The notes beneath the pieces are model-generated. The model worked only from the letters and a program-made list of their open reading frames with translations. It had not been told where the DNA came from and ran no database searches. DNA of 64,000 nt from a virus, in the IMG/VR virus record IMGVR_UViG_3300025849_000018, positions 1 to 64,000 of that record. One strand, written 5' to 3'. Made by a program: the position numbers and the translations under genes. This document shows, one piece after another, positions 33,899 to 45,194 of the stretch (positions within the stretch are counted from its first letter, which is position 1; each line of letters begins with the position of its first letter).

Positions 33899-36208
33899 TT
33901 AAAATTGACCGATAACTTCGGAGAATTCTACGCCAGACCTAACAGCAACAAAGTTCAGCTGAATGAAGTTAATGGATCGAGCAGGTTTGATGTATATATC
34001 ACCAATAAACTCATTGCGATCAACAACTTCTCCAGTATTGTTTGTTTCGTCACAGATTACAACAAAATCAGTAATACCACGACGACCCTGTACATTACGC
34101 AGGAACGGTGTCACTAGATTGACGAATGAAGCACGAGTAAATGAATCGTTGAACTCAAACAGAGTAAACTTAGCAGATGTCGCAATCGCCTTCTCAAGAA
34201 CGATAAACAGACGACGAACATTGATCCGATCAAAGGCGGATGGTTTCGCCAGAAGAGTCTTGTCGCCGAATAATACAGTACCTTGTCCGGGGAAGTTGAC
34301 AACTGGGTTTACACCATTTGAATAAAGTACATCGCGTTCTGCCTTCTTAGGATTCCAAGAAAGACGAAGAATGTTCTTTACTTGACCACGATTGAATCCA
34401 GCAGGTGACCACCACGCATCATTAGTGTCTGCGGTATATGCAGTCAAACCAGCAGTATCGCCGTTCAAAGGAACATACCGATATTGATCATTATACTTGT
34501 CATATTGATACTTGTATGCAGAATCAAGCACACCATAAGAAGTTGATCGAAGTGCATCTCTGAAAGCAAGGACCTGTTGCTCGGTGTCACCATAAGTCTG
34601 GTTGACAACATCAGCACGATCGGGCGAACAGAATACAAGACAGTCTTTTCGCGTTTCAGCAATGTTATCTATCAGATAGTTGGCAAGTTGTTGTCCTACA
34701 GAACCACCACGAGATTTGCCGGTGATGAGTAGAGAGATATCGATATCTTCTGCTGACTTATAATGGTCATATGCATTAATAACATCTCCAACCGCAATGT
34801 TGGTTTCGTTTTTGGTATCACGACCGCCAACAAATGACTTACTATAGGGTGCAGTGTTAGTGGAGGACGCTAAGTTATCAGAGGTTGCAGAAGCAGCGCC
34901 AGATATGTCGTGCCCGTACCAAACATATTCTGAAGTTGTATTCAAGACATCTTTATAGTAGTTATTTCCACCATCAAGAGTTTTCGCGTCAGTTGCGCGA
35001 GATAGTCCCTCATACACTTCAAGAGCAGTGCCAGGTATACCTGAAATCTTACCATCTTCATCATAAACAATAACGTGCATCTCATCTTGAGCGGCAGTGT
35101 TACCGTTTGCTAGTTGATAGGGTGATTGCTTGGGTGCTTTATTCACAAGACCAGCACCGCCCCAGAGTCTTCGTAGAGTTGTATCTGAGAAGTCAGAACT
35201 CAGAACAAATCGATCGCTGAAGTTGATAACAACAGTTGCTTCGCCGTTTTCTGATTCCTCGACCACTGTTTTATTGATAACACCGATTGAGGTGATCACT
35301 AAGTCCTGTTCACCTACAGAACTATTGCCTGCTCGAACTAAGTCATTTACAGCTAAAGTTCCGATTATTGTTGTAAGCGCGCCTGAACTTGAGTTCGCAT
35401 CACCATTTGCCGTCGCACCGACAGAAATTGTAGCAGTGTTGGAACCAATTGTGAAAGCGATATTCGCTGTTTCAACGTGATCAGCAGTGTTTCCGCTGGT
35501 ATTAGCAGACTGTACAGTCAATAGATTGGTGTTGCTACTAAAGGCAGCGGCACTGTCACATACTGAGATACGCAGAGAGTTACCGAGTTCTCCAGGATAC
35601 TTTGCTACAAATTGAACATCTGAATCATAGTTGCCTTCCGCGGTAATATAGTCCTCATCATTCTTTGTGATTTGAGAGGCTAGGTTTGCAATATTGGTAT
35701 TTGCAATCGCATTGAATGAATAGTTGGCATCAAAGACTTGAATGTCCGCTGCGGCAACACTGTTTGCAGTAGCAGCTACAGACAGTTCAAACGCGGTATT
35801 ACTAGTAACCGATGCGACGGTTGCGTCAGCTGGTATACCTGGACCAAATACAGCATCTCCAACAGCGATGCCGGTTGTGTTACTAACAGTTACAGTGGCA
35901 TTAGCTGCTGTTGTTGTGGCTCCACTGAATGAAAAAGTATTACCAGTTGAGTGATGTGCGCGACTTACATATAAGGCATCAGCATATGCCAAGAAGTTTG
36001 CGGCGCTAAAAAATGTTTCGTAGTTTGCGTTAGTCGGTTTACCGAATCGGTCAACTAACTGATCTTCGTTTTGAATCAGTAGTGGTTTGTCTACTGGTCC
36101 CCAACGAAAAACACCACCGATTGCTGCTTCAGTAGTAGATACTGCTGGAATTACAGTAGTCAAATCTACTTCGGTGACATTTACGCCCGGACTAAGTTGA
36201 AAAGGCAT
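33899..36208 (-). CDS. gp18: Contractile tail sheath protein
   Basis: SPGV...E.DLT, W.SPAG.NRG, FDRINVRRLF, IKPARSINFI.LNF; late promoter 36283-36290. Confidence 0.99.
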   Translation of the reverse strand: MPFQLSPGVNVTEVDLTTVIPAVSTTEAAIGGVFRWGPVDKPLLIQNEDQLVDRFGKPTNANYETFFSAANFLAYADALYVSRAHHSTGNTFSFSGATTTAANATVTVSNTTGIAVGDAVFGPGIPADATVASVTSNTAFELSVAATANSVAAADIQVFDANYSFNAIANTNIANLASQITKNDEDYITAEGNYDSDVQFVAKYPGELGNSLRISVCDSAAAFSSNTNLLTVQSANTSGNTADHVETANIAFTIGSNTATISVGATANGDANSSSGALTTIIGTLAVNDLVRAGNSSVGEQDLVITSIGVINKTVVEESENGEATVVINFSDRFVLSSDFSDTTLRRLWGGAGLVNKAPKQSPYQLANGNTAAQDEMHVIVYDEDGKISGIPGTALEVYEGLSRATDAKTLDGGNNYYKDVLNTTSEYVWYGHDISGAASATSDNLASSTNTAPYSKSFVGGRDTKNETNIAVGDVINAYDHYKSAEDIDISLLITGKSRGGSVGQQLANYLIDNIAETRKDCLVFCSPDRADVVNQTYGDTEQQVLAFRDALRSTSYGVLDSAYKYQYDKYNDQYRYVPLNGDTAGLTAYTADTNDAWWSPAGFNRGQVKNILRLSWNPKKAERDVLYSNGVNPVVNFPGQGTVLFGDKTLLAKPSAFDRINVRRLFIVLEKAIATSAKFTLFEFNDSFTRASFVNLVTPFLRNVQGRRGITDFVVICDETNNTGEVVDRNEFIGDIYIKPARSINFIQLNFVAVRSGVEFSEVIGQF

Positions 36209-36311
36209 AGTGTTTTCTCCCTTTATTGGTTTTCAATTATAGCATTTTAAATTATTGTGCTTTAAGTTTTTCTTCTATTTTTTATTTATAAGATTTGATA
36301 TTTCTCATAGT

Positions 36312-37967
36312 TCACCGTTCATCGTCGGCAAAAAGAAATGCATTACCTTTTACCGCCATGGGAGGGTTATCTTCAAAGTGATCCTGCCCGTCATCAATGA
36401 TTCCGAAAGGAGTTAATTCATTCATCAGTTGTTCATCATTCATTTCTCGTAACTGACTAATAGTATTTATATCAGTTAATTCTTTAAAGAATTTCTGATT
36501 AGATACCCAAGCAAAGAGTACAAGTCCCATCACAAGATCATCATGACATCCAGATTCGGCTTCCCATCCTACACCTTTTTTACTGAATGTTGACAATTCT
36601 TTAATCGTATCAAAATCATTTATTATCAGTTGGTTCTGTTCAATCAACAATTTCAGTATAGAACAACCTACCGACTTAACGGTTTTTGTTGTTCGTACAC
36701 CCTTATCAGACTTTGATGAGAATCCAGTAGTTAATCGTTTCCCGCCGCGGCCGGCATTTTCAGTGAATAACATATTCTCATATTCAAAATCTTCATATAA
36801 TGTACTGGAGACTTGTTCACCAATATCATTAACCTCAACAAGAATTTGTGCTTCATTATAGAAAGTACCTATTCTATGGATTACTGAAGAATAATCCATC
36901 GGAGAAATCATATTGTCACGATATGCACATACTTGCATATAAGGCATTTGAGTGGTGTCTATGACTTGAAATGCCGAATAATCTAATCCTTTACCGCGAG
37001 AAACATCAACCACAATAGTGTAATTGTGATCGATCACCGGTCTATAGAACATAGACAGACCATTCTTTTCTTCAATCGGTTCACGATACACAAGTTGTTT
37101 TAGTTTATTACCTGATATAAGTGTACCACTACTACCTTGAAATTCACACTCCATTTCTTGTGCGAACTTCTCAGTGTCAAAGTCCAGCGCGGCGAGCGTT
37201 TCTTGTTTCCAATTCTCGTCGCGACCAGGAACATCATACCACATTACAGATACAAACTGATATCCATTTTTACCTTCTCGGGCACCTTCACAAGTTTTAT
37301 AAAAATGATTCAATCCGTTTGGTGTAGATGTAAGCAATATTTTTGTGGTTGTGCCTGAAGATATTGTTGGAAATACTGCGGCGAAGAATTGATCCCAGTT
37401 CGTAACGAAAGCTGTCTCGTCAATGTATAGGAAAGATACGGATTTGCCACGAATAGCAGTAGAGGAAGTAGCGGTTGCGATGATCTTTGATCCATTTTCA
37501 AACTCTACTGATCCTTTGTTCCATTCCACGACTCCTTGTTGTAACCATTTTGGTAATGCTTCGTAAGCTGTTTTGATACGATCCAATATTTCTCTTGCAG
37601 AGTCTCCTTTATCAGCGAGTAGAGCGACAAGTTTATGATTATTGAAAAGAATATAATGAAGTATAAGACATACAGCAGTCGTTGTTTTACCAGACTGCCG
37701 CGCTGTAACGACACATGTTCTTCGGTTGTTTGTTGTCTTTTCAATGATATCTCTCTGATAATCATATAGATCAATAGGTATTAAACCACGATCTACATGG
37801 ACTATTTGAATATATTTTTCTGAAAAATAAATCGGATCAGATGAACAAGTTACATATTCGCGGATCATATCCTCCGTCCACGAAATATCTACACCGTGTC
37901 TTTTTAAATTGGTGTTACCCAAATACGATCTATATTCTTCAATATCTTTAATCGGTACTGACATCAT
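36312..37967 (-). CDS. gp17: Terminase large subunit
   Basis: ARQSGKT, YIDETAF, STPNG.NHFY, DVSRG.G.DYS, HDDLVM. Confidence 0.98.
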   Translation of the reverse strand: MMSVPIKDIEEYRSYLGNTNLKRHGVDISWTEDMIREYVTCSSDPIYFSEKYIQIVHVDRGLIPIDLYDYQRDIIEKTTNNRRTCVVTARQSGKTTTAVCLILHYILFNNHKLVALLADKGDSAREILDRIKTAYEALPKWLQQGVVEWNKGSVEFENGSKIIATATSSTAIRGKSVSFLYIDETAFVTNWDQFFAAVFPTISSGTTTKILLTSTPNGLNHFYKTCEGAREGKNGYQFVSVMWYDVPGRDENWKQETLAALDFDTEKFAQEMECEFQGSSGTLISGNKLKQLVYREPIEEKNGLSMFYRPVIDHNYTIVVDVSRGKGLDYSAFQVIDTTQMPYMQVCAYRDNMISPMDYSSVIHRIGTFYNEAQILVEVNDIGEQVSSTLYEDFEYENMLFTENAGRGGKRLTTGFSSKSDKGVRTTKTVKSVGCSILKLLIEQNQLIINDFDTIKELSTFSKKGVGWEAESGCHDDLVMGLVLFAWVSNQKFFKELTDINTISQLREMNDEQLMNELTPFGIIDDGQDHFEDNPPMAVKGNAFLFADDER

Positions 37968-38364
37968 TCTCTTGATTAATCATTTTTAATAAATCACTCG
38001 TAGACCCAACAAATAAATTATTATTTACGGTGTTGGGTGACACATTTTCTTGTTCAGTATTTAAGAGTTTCTTTTTCTTGTCGTGAAGATCAATTAAATC
38101 TTTATTCAGTTCGCTCATATTTTTAATCAGTCCTGAGAGAACCTCATATGATCTAGGATGTTGCGATTGATCAGCAATTGTTAATAACTCATCCATTGAC
38201 CTAGTACCCTTCTCTATTAAGTCGTACATATTCTTACGAACATATGCTACATCTGTTTCTGCCTGTCTATTAGAGGACATAGTAGGTTCATAAGTTGTCG
38301 GAATGTTTTCTTCTTTTGGCATTGGAGTAAGATCAAGAACTTCACCGATTATATCATCTGACAT
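37948..38364 (-). CDS. gp16: Terminase small subunit
   Basis: HPRSYEV, NNNLFVGSTSDL. Confidence 0.95.
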   Translation of the reverse strand: MSDDIIGEVLDLTPMPKEENIPTTYEPTMSSNRQAETDVAYVRKNMYDLIEKGTRSMDELLTIADQSQHPRSYEVLSGLIKNMSELNKDLIDLHDKKKKLLNTEQENVSPNTVNNNLFVGSTSDLLKMINQENDVSTD

Positions 38365-38365
38365 A

Positions 38366-39226
38366 TTATGCTCCATCATCTGGGAATGTTTCATCTATGT
38401 CCACTATATAACCAAAGTTTTCATCAGAAGAGATATTATTGGAAGAAACAGTCAAAGATGCGTTTGATGTAGCCGCGCCGTTTGCTGTTTGACCTGGTGT
38501 GACTGTAATTCTCGATATAACATCAGTGTTGCCAACAGCATCATCAATGTCGTTAAACAGTGTCGCATCATATAACTGAGTATTCGCGAGTTTGATGATC
38601 TCACTCTTCTTGGTAGGTCCAAAGAAGAATCCTTTCATCGTGTAATCAAAGGTAAAGATCAACGACTTTCTTTCCTCAAACGAACCTTCATACACATCAT
38701 CTTGTGAGGTGCCTGTTAGAACCAGAGGAATGTCAAGAGTAATATCTGGATCAGAAATCAACTGAACTGTCGTTGTCCACTCAGGAGTAAAAAACGGTAG
38801 AATCTGTTCTATGATCTGAGTACCATCATCAACAGTCTTTACAAAAATTGACAAAGAAAACTGAATATCATAAGGCACTGGGTTATACTGGTATCTCTTT
38901 TGATCTTCATCCGCATCTGATGGTGTCGTTACAAATCGTCGAATTGTTGGCAATTTTCTCTCAGGCGCATAACTAAACCCGGTGATTTCAAATCCCATTC
39001 TCGGTAATGTAATTGCGAATGGCTGATCCATTGGATCGAGGTCTTGATCAACTCCATCAATACGAGCAAGAAACTTTTCTTTTGGTCCATATGCGAGAGG
39101 AACTTTGAATGATGCCTTAACATTACCATCAGAATCTTTGCGATTAATCCACACATCGTTAAATAATGTGCCAAACAGTATGACATATTTTCGAAGTGTA
39201 CCATGTGCGAAAGTTTGACCAAACAT
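38366..39226 (-). CDS. gp15: Tail sheath stabiliser / terminator
   Basis: RKYVILFGTLFN, VPLAYGPKEKFL, QIIEQILPFF.P. Confidence 0.96.
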   Translation of the reverse strand: MFGQTFAHGTLRKYVILFGTLFNDVWINRKDSDGNVKASFKVPLAYGPKEKFLARIDGVDQDLDPMDQPFAITLPRMGFEITGFSYAPERKLPTIRRFVTTPSDADEDQKRYQYNPVPYDIQFSLSIFVKTVDDGTQIIEQILPFFTPEWTTTVQLISDPDITLDIPLVLTGTSQDDVYEGSFEERKSLIFTFDYTMKGFFFGPTKKSEIIKLANTQLYDATLFNDIDDAVGNTDVISRITVTPGQTANGAATSNASLTVSSNNISSDENFGYIVDIDETFPDDGA

Positions 39227-39227
39227 A

Positions 39228-39956
39228 TTAGATAGACCCTTCTGAGAAAGGATTTGTTTCGGTGAAGTCTATAATATCAGCACCGGATGACTGGAACGTA
39301 GCATTCTCGGAAAATGGATCATCAGTAGTGTAATCAGGTGCGGAAACTGGTCGTCCAGTGTTCGCGTCCATAATAATATCACCGTTCGCATATGTTGAGT
39401 CGGCGTTTGACACGGCAATATTTTCAGAATATAATTTCTCTAAATTGTCAATCTCAGGAACGCCTGTATTTAAATCTTCATGACTATATTCAAACAATTC
39501 GCAACGCAAATCATAACACTGTAAGGCACCCATTTGATAAAAGTTAGGTGCTTCATGTTCAGCAATCTTGATAACATATACTTTACCGGTAAGTGGGAAA
39601 AATATCAAGTCACCTTCTTCAGGCCGAACCTGTATTTCTGGCGCGCCTATTTCGTTGGAAAATACTCTCTGTGAAACAGTGAAGGTAATTTCATCACGAA
39701 TCTGAATATTGAACTTAGAGAGAAAGTCACCTTCACCCTCAAACCCCTCAACATTCTTAATATACATTTCAACCAGATATGCATCATTATAGGAGGCAAC
39801 GGTAACTTCTCCAAAAATATCATCTTGTTCATCAATTGTTCTCGGGCAGTAATACAAATCATGACCGTAGATTTTAATTGATTCAATGATCAAATCTTCG
39901 ATTAGATTTTGTTCTGCATAACTCTGAAAATTATTGAAGAAGACGTTGGTTGTCAT
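39228..39956 (-). CDS. gp14: Neck protein
   Basis: EQ.L.EDL..ESI..YG, P.EGDLI.FP, DF.E.NPF. Confidence 0.96.
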   Translation of the reverse strand: MTTNVFFNNFQSYAEQNLIEDLIIESIKIYGHDLYYCPRTIDEQDDIFGEVTVASYNDAYLVEMYIKNVEGFEGEGDFLSKFNIQIRDEITFTVSQRVFSNEIGAPEIQVRPEEGDLIFFPLTGKVYVIKIAEHEAPNFYQMGALQCYDLRCELFEYSHEDLNTGVPEIDNLEKLYSENIAVSNADSTYANGDIIMDANTGRPVSAPDYTTDDPFSENATFQSSGADIIDFTETNPFSEGSI

Positions 39957-39960
39957 GTAA

Positions 39961-40704
39961 TTATCCCAACATATCAGAAACAGGGAGGGAATAATTGTTA
40001 ATCATTTCTTCTTCCAATCTCTTAATTTCGGTATCGGCATCATCGTATATCTTATTGCCATTAAATGTCACGCCGCCCGGTAATTGTAATCCCTCAAACT
40101 TTGTTAGGTTTGAACCCCATTGCCTTTTAATGAGTTGTGCAGTATAATGTTGTAACCAACGATCTGCCCACACATCAGTGTATACATCAGGATCAACAAC
40201 CTCATAAGCCTCCACTAACAAATACTGCCCAACAGTCATAGTAGATTTAGTTTTGTCGAGGTGTAAAATGTCGCGATGGCGATTATAACGTATCGGAGTT
40301 TTGCCAACAAGCATCTCTTGAACAAGTCCAAGATGTGTCATTGTCGCATAATAGTTTGTAAGTCCAATATTAGACAATGTATGCATGTCGTTGAGTGCGA
40401 TTTGATACTTTATATTAAACAGATCACCAGTGGATGAGGTAGGATCGCCGAGTTCAAATATCTTAACAACACCAATGATATTCTCGGGAAGAGTAATCGA
40501 CTGCGTTGATATCGTATTCGCGTCTATCTGATGTTTATAATACGTTTTTTCGGTTCCATCAAAGTGATAATCCCAATAGAAACGTATTGCCTGGTCAATA
40601 CGATCGTCGACTTGATCGTCATCAACGTTGATCTCGATGACAGGTTTGCCGAGTGATCGCAGGCAGTATTCTTTAAAATCAGAACGTGTAGCAGGGACTG
40701 CCAT
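39961..40704 (-). CDS. gp13: Neck protein
   Basis: YCLR.LG.PVIEINV, QWG.NL.KF....LPGG; late promoter TATAAATA 40737-40744. Confidence 0.96.
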   Translation of the reverse strand: MAVPATRSDFKEYCLRSLGKPVIEINVDDDQVDDRIDQAIRFYWDYHFDGTEKTYYKHQIDANTISTQSITLPENIIGVVKIFELGDPTSSTGDLFNIKYQIALNDMHTLSNIGLTNYYATMTHLGLVQEMLVGKTPIRYNRHRDILHLDKTKSTMTVGQYLLVEAYEVVDPDVYTDVWADRWLQHYTAQLIKRQWGSNLTKFEGLQLPGGVTFNGNKIYDDADTEIKRLEEEMINNYSLPVSDMLG

Positions 40705-40752
40705 TTGATATCTCCGTAATTAGTTTGTCTCGGTGTTATTTATATAATCAAA

Positions 40753-41556
40753 TTATTGTCTCCAGAACTCAAGACCCCGCACATCACTTATAACTTGTGG
40801 AGGCAAAACATCCGCTGGCTTTCTACAATAGTATTTTATTTTAGAACTGACATGATGCATATCAGACAATCCATAGACTTTATTATCCTTCTCTCTATGT
40901 TTATTATATAGATTTTTATAATCATGTTGATAATAGGGTTGTTCTATAAAATTATAGATTGATTTCATAGTCGCGTCTGTATTTTCTACTAGATCAGAAT
41001 ATTCAACTAAGAGTATGTTATCCTTTAATTCGCCCGACAAAGCATTTTTCAATCCTGTATATGCTCTTCCTAGAGGACCATCTGATGCGATATACTGACA
41101 ACGTGTAAAATCATTCAGAGGAAGATTATTGGATTGTAGAAACCTATCAATAAAATTCAATTTCTTGTCTTGATTTCGCGAAATCATCGCGATGAAAGAA
41201 GTTAACACTTCGTCGAGATTTCGCACAGTACATATAATCTTTGGATTTTTTATATCAAAATATTTTGAAATATATTCGGGTCGGTGTGTCCAACTTCTAT
41301 TCTTATCAAAAATAATATCTTCTTTTACATCATTATAATAATTGTATAATGAAGATTGCAACATGCTTTTTTTATACGCGGGTTTTGGATATGATTTATA
41401 CAGGTCATTATTTTCTATAGAAGATTCAAGTGCGACGATCGAACCACATACAGGAGAACTTGGACCACTATAAAATGTAGGATTTTGATTTAACAAAGCA
41501 GACAACATTGAACTGCCGCTTCGCGGAAGTCCAGACAAAAAATAATAAGTTTTCAT
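40753..41556 (-). CDS. PAPS-dependent sulfotransferase family protein
   Basis: GLPRSGSS 5'-PSB loop, DKNRSW, VR....V..S. Confidence 0.88.
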   Translation of the reverse strand: MKTYYFLSGLPRSGSSMLSALLNQNPTFYSGPSSPVCGSIVALESSIENNDLYKSYPKPAYKKSMLQSSLYNYYNDVKEDIIFDKNRSWTHRPEYISKYFDIKNPKIICTVRNLDEVLTSFIAMISRNQDKKLNFIDRFLQSNNLPLNDFTRCQYIASDGPLGRAYTGLKNALSGELKDNILLVEYSDLVENTDATMKSIYNFIEQPYYQHDYKNLYNKHREKDNKVYGLSDMHHVSSKIKYYCRKPADVLPPQVISDVRGLEFWRQ

Positions 41557-41559
41557 AAT

Positions 41560-42099
41560 CTACTTCTCAAAGAAAATACTCAGACTAAAACGATACTTTG
41601 GACCTAGTCTCGATTGCGGCCGGATTGTATGTGGAATTTCTCCATCAAACCAAATGATTCTTCCTGGCACAAATCGCGATCCAAAGATAATATCGTGGTT
41701 CTCGTTCTTATCATAGAACAATGTCTCACCCGACCAATGATCTTGCCAATCCATATTTACATAATATAGAAAAACATTTTCGTTGATGTGTGTATGTGTC
41801 CAATGTGTGTTTGTACATACATCATTGTTTACAATACAACGAATGAATTTGTCGGGATTAATTTTCTCGTGTAAAGGATGTCCCTCTACAAAATCAGAAA
41901 AGAAATTGATTGAATTGAGTTTTTCGGGAGTCCACCGAGAGAACATATATTGTTCGGAATTGTCAGTATTATCAGACCACCCTATCTGATAAGGACATTT
42001 TTTCACCGACTCTTGTATATCAAATCTTTTTGCTAAACTAAAGACATTATCATATACATCAACTCCTTTTATAGGAGAGTAGTGTGTTATCTTTTTCAT
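41560..42099 (-). CDS. 2OG-Fe(II) oxygenase
   Basis: LYYVN..W...W.GET.F, PGRII.FDG.IPH, R.SL; the HxD motif reads HTH. Confidence 0.82.
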   Translation of the reverse strand: MKKITHYSPIKGVDVYDNVFSLAKRFDIQESVKKCPYQIGWSDNTDNSEQYMFSRWTPEKLNSINFFSDFVEGHPLHEKINPDKFIRCIVNNDVCTNTHWTHTHINENVFLYYVNMDWQDHWSGETLFYDKNENHDIIFGSRFVPGRIIWFDGEIPHTIRPQSRLGPKYRFSLSIFFEK

Positions 42100-42126
42100 T
42101 ATAAACTTCCATTGTGTTAGTCTTAT

Positions 42127-42155
42127 ATCATATCACAAAAATATATTACTGTCAA
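42127..42155 (-). promoter_or_regulatory. sigma70-type promoter for oxygenase-sulfotransferase
   Basis: TTGACA-N17-TATGAT. Confidence 0.75.
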
Positions 42156-43372
42156 TCTAAAATATCCAGATGATGTTTTACGAATGGTGTGTTCCAAATA
42201 TATGCTGAACCAGATGAACCACCATTATCGTCATCCAGATAAGAACCAACCACGATTCTACCTGATCCTACCGCAACTGATCTACCGAACCTGTCATTTG
42301 ACGCAGCATCACTGGCAACTATCTTGGCGAGTTGAGTGCCATCCAGATCAAAGATATATGATGAACCAGAATCATCACCATCACCATAAGCACCAACCAC
42401 GATTCTACCTGATCCTACCGCAACTGAGAAACCGAAACTGTCACCCGACGCACCATCACTGGCAGTTATCTTGGCTAGTTGGGTGCCATCCAGATCAAAG
42501 ATATATGCTGAACCAGTCTGACCACCATTGACGTCATCACCATAAGAACCAACCACGATTCTACCTGATCCTACCGCAACTGAGTGACCGAACCTGTCAC
42601 CCGCCGCAGCATCACTGGCAGTTATCTTGGTTAGTTGGGTGCCATCCAGATCAAAGATATATGCTGAACCAGACTCACTACCATCATCGTCATCCAGACT
42701 AGCACCAACCACGATTCTACCTGATCCTATCGCAACTGAGGTACCGAACCTGTCACCATTGTTAGCATCACTGGCAGTTATCTTGGTTAGTTGGGTACCA
42801 TCCAGATCAAAGATATATGCTGAACCAGATGCAGAACCATCATCGTCATCCACCAAAGCACCAACCACGATTCTACCTGATCCTACCGCAACTATTTCCC
42901 CGAAATAGTCAGTCGCCGCACCATCACTTGATTTTATCTTGGCGAGTTGGGTGCCATCCAGATCAAAGATATATGCTGAACCAGACTGACTACCATTATC
43001 GTCATCACCCGAAGCACCAACCACGATTCTGCCTGATCCTATCGCAACTGAGACACCGAAAAAGTCACTTCCCGCAGCATCACTGGCAGTCATCTTGGCG
43101 ATTTGAGTGCCATCCAGATCATAGATATATGCTGAACCAGACTGACTACCATTATCGTCATTACTATAAGCACCAACACAGATTCTACCTGATCCTACCG
43201 CAACTGAGTAACCGAACTCGTCACTTGACGCACCATCACTGGCAGTTATCTTGGTTTCATTGCTGGGTGTAGTGGTATCATCATATTCATCAGTAACACC
43301 CATATCCTCTTCATAAAAACTTAGGTCTCTGCTTAAAAAACTACCAAATGTAGATATATTTCTATAAGGCAT
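42152..43372 (-). CDS. FG-GAP repeat beta-propeller protein (paralog 3)
   Basis: Seven ~53-aa repeats D.FG.SVAVGSGRIVVGA...GSAYIFDLDG. Confidence 0.92.
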   Translation of the reverse strand: MPYRNISTFGSFLSRDLSFYEEDMGVTDEYDDTTTPSNETKITASDGASSDEFGYSVAVGSGRICVGAYSNDDNGSQSGSAYIYDLDGTQIAKMTASDAAGSDFFGVSVAIGSGRIVVGASGDDDNGSQSGSAYIFDLDGTQLAKIKSSDGAATDYFGEIVAVGSGRIVVGALVDDDDGSASGSAYIFDLDGTQLTKITASDANNGDRFGTSVAIGSGRIVVGASLDDDDGSESGSAYIFDLDGTQLTKITASDAAAGDRFGHSVAVGSGRIVVGSYGDDVNGGQTGSAYIFDLDGTQLAKITASDGASGDSFGFSVAVGSGRIVVGAYGDGDDSGSSYIFDLDGTQLAKIVASDAASNDRFGRSVAVGSGRIVVGSYLDDDNGGSSGSAYIWNTPFVKHHLDILD

Positions 43373-43993
43373 TTACAATGCTCCAATTGTGTCTATAGCA
43401 CTCCAAGTTGTATCATCTTCTGTATCAATGCTGTTTAACTTGTTTTTGTTATCCTGATAACGACCGAGTAAATCACCGAAGGCCACTCGCATTAGGTTAT
43501 CTTTGTCAACAATCTTCTGAGCAAGTACATCAACAGTTTCACCACGATTCGTGGACATTATTGAAATCATTGGTACAACCGAAGTGTTATCAGCAAGGTA
43601 TCTCTCTGCTTCAGAAACCTGTACATACCAACTTTCCCTTTCTGACAGAGGGTAGTCTTTTACCATTTCTCCCGACAGATATGCAAACCGTTTCTCATTA
43701 TTCTGATCTTTTGTTTTATGTAATGCCAGAAATTTCTTCTTACGGTCTGCATCATCTTCAAAGTATCGAGCTTCAATCGTATAATTTAAAATATATGCAT
43801 CACCATTTCTAGTAATATCAGCATATCGTAAAACCTCATCCCACGCAGTCGCTGGCCGATTTGTGTAGGTATCAACTTCAACTACATCATCCGGTAAAGT
43901 CTCGCCCCTTTGAATATTTCCAGTGAGTTCATTATTCCTATAAGGAAACTCAATAACGTCACCTGTTGTTGTATCTATTCTTGCGTAATTCAT
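43373..43993 (-). CDS. Tail-fibre assembly/chaperone-like protein
   Basis: YP.SERESW..Q..EA..Y...RG.T...LA.KI pattern; sits among fibre genes. Confidence 0.6.
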   Translation of the reverse strand: MNYARIDTTTGDVIEFPYRNNELTGNIQRGETLPDDVVEVDTYTNRPATAWDEVLRYADITRNGDAYILNYTIEARYFEDDADRKKKFLALHKTKDQNNEKRFAYLSGEMVKDYPLSERESWYVQVSEAERYLADNTSVVPMISIMSTNRGETVDVLAQKIVDKDNLMRVAFGDLLGRYQDNKNKLNSIDTEDDTTWSAIDTIGAL

Positions 43994-43994
43994 A

Positions 43995-45194
43995 TTAGTA
44001 TCCTAATTGTCTTTCAATATAAGTGTCGAAATTTTCGTCCAGATCATAGATATATGCTGAACCAGAATCAGTAGCAGTATCGTCATCGAAATCAGCACCA
44101 ACCACGATTCTACCTGATCCTATCGCAAGTGAGACACCGAAATGGTCAGCATTCGCAGCATCACTGGAAACTATCTTGGCGAGTTGGGTGCCATCCAGAT
44201 CAAAGATATATGCTGAACCAGAACCAGTAGCACCGTACGGAGGATGTCCGCCAACCACGATTCTACCTGATCCTACCGCAACTGATCTACCGAACTCGTC
44301 ATCTGCCGCGCCATCACTGGCCTTTATCTTGGCTAGTTGGGTGCCATCCAGATCAAAGATATATGCTGAACCAGAATTAGAACCATTATCGTCATCGTCA
44401 TAAGCACCAACACAGATTCTACCTGATCCTATCGCAACTGAGAAACCGAAACTGTCATCTGCCGCGCCATCACTGGCAGTTATCTTGGTTAGTTGGGTAC
44501 CATCCAGATCAAAGATATATGCTGAACCAGAATTAGAACCATTATCGTCATCACGATAAGCACCAACCACGATTCTACCTGATCCTACCGCAACTGATCT
44601 ACCGAACAGGTCACCTGCCGCAGCATCACTGGCCTTTATCCTGGTTAGTTGGGTACCATCCAGATCAAAGATATATGCTGAACCAGCTAGACCATCATCT
44701 GCATCAGCACCAACCACGATTCTACCTGATCCTACCGCAACTCCGGCACCGAACTGGTCACCTGTCTGCAAACCGGTACCTTCTATAATGGCGATTTGGG
44801 TGCCATCCAGATCAAAGATATATGCATGACCCCCGCCCGCCTTGTAAGCACCAACCACGATTCTACCTGATCCTACCGCAACTGAGAAACCGAAAAAGTC
44901 ACCTCCATCAGCATCACTAGCAACTATCTTGGCGATTTGGGTGCCATCCAGATCAAAGATATATGCTGAACCAGAATTAGAACCAGCTAGACTATCATCA
45001 CGAGAAGCACCAACCACGATTCTACCTGATCCTACCGCAACTGAGAAACCGAACTGGTCATTTGACGCAGCATCACTGGCAACTATCTTGGTTTCGGTAC
45101 TCTGTATGGTTCCAGTCAGGCGATTAAACGATTTGTGCAATAGTTCGCCTTTGTCACTTATTACTATATCACTTGCGCTGTCTTTAAAGGCCAT
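43995..45194 (-). CDS. FG-GAP repeat beta-propeller protein (paralog 2)
   Basis: Seven repeats; start MAFKD via TAATG coupling. Confidence 0.92.
   Translation of the reverse strand: MAFKDSASDIVISDKGELLHKSFNRLTGTIQSTETKIVASDAASNDQFGFSVAVGSGRIVVGASRDDSLAGSNSGSAYIFDLDGTQIAKIVASDADGGDFFGFSVAVGSGRIVVGAYKAGGGHAYIFDLDGTQIAIIEGTGLQTGDQFGAGVAVGSGRIVVGADADDGLAGSAYIFDLDGTQLTRIKASDAAAGDLFGRSVAVGSGRIVVGAYRDDDNGSNSGSAYIFDLDGTQLTKITASDGAADDSFGFSVAIGSGRICVGAYDDDDNGSNSGSAYIFDLDGTQLAKIKASDGAADDEFGRSVAVGSGRIVVGGHPPYGATGSGSAYIFDLDGTQLAKIVSSDAANADHFGVSLAIGSGRIVVGADFDDDTATDSGSAYIYDLDENFDTYIERQLGY

Noticed and set aside
186-37967. Inteins, introns or homing endonucleases in gp43, gp46, uvsW, gp17, gp20
   Set aside because: Lengths and motif spacing are normal; no LAGLIDADG, HNH or GIY-YIG ORF recognised
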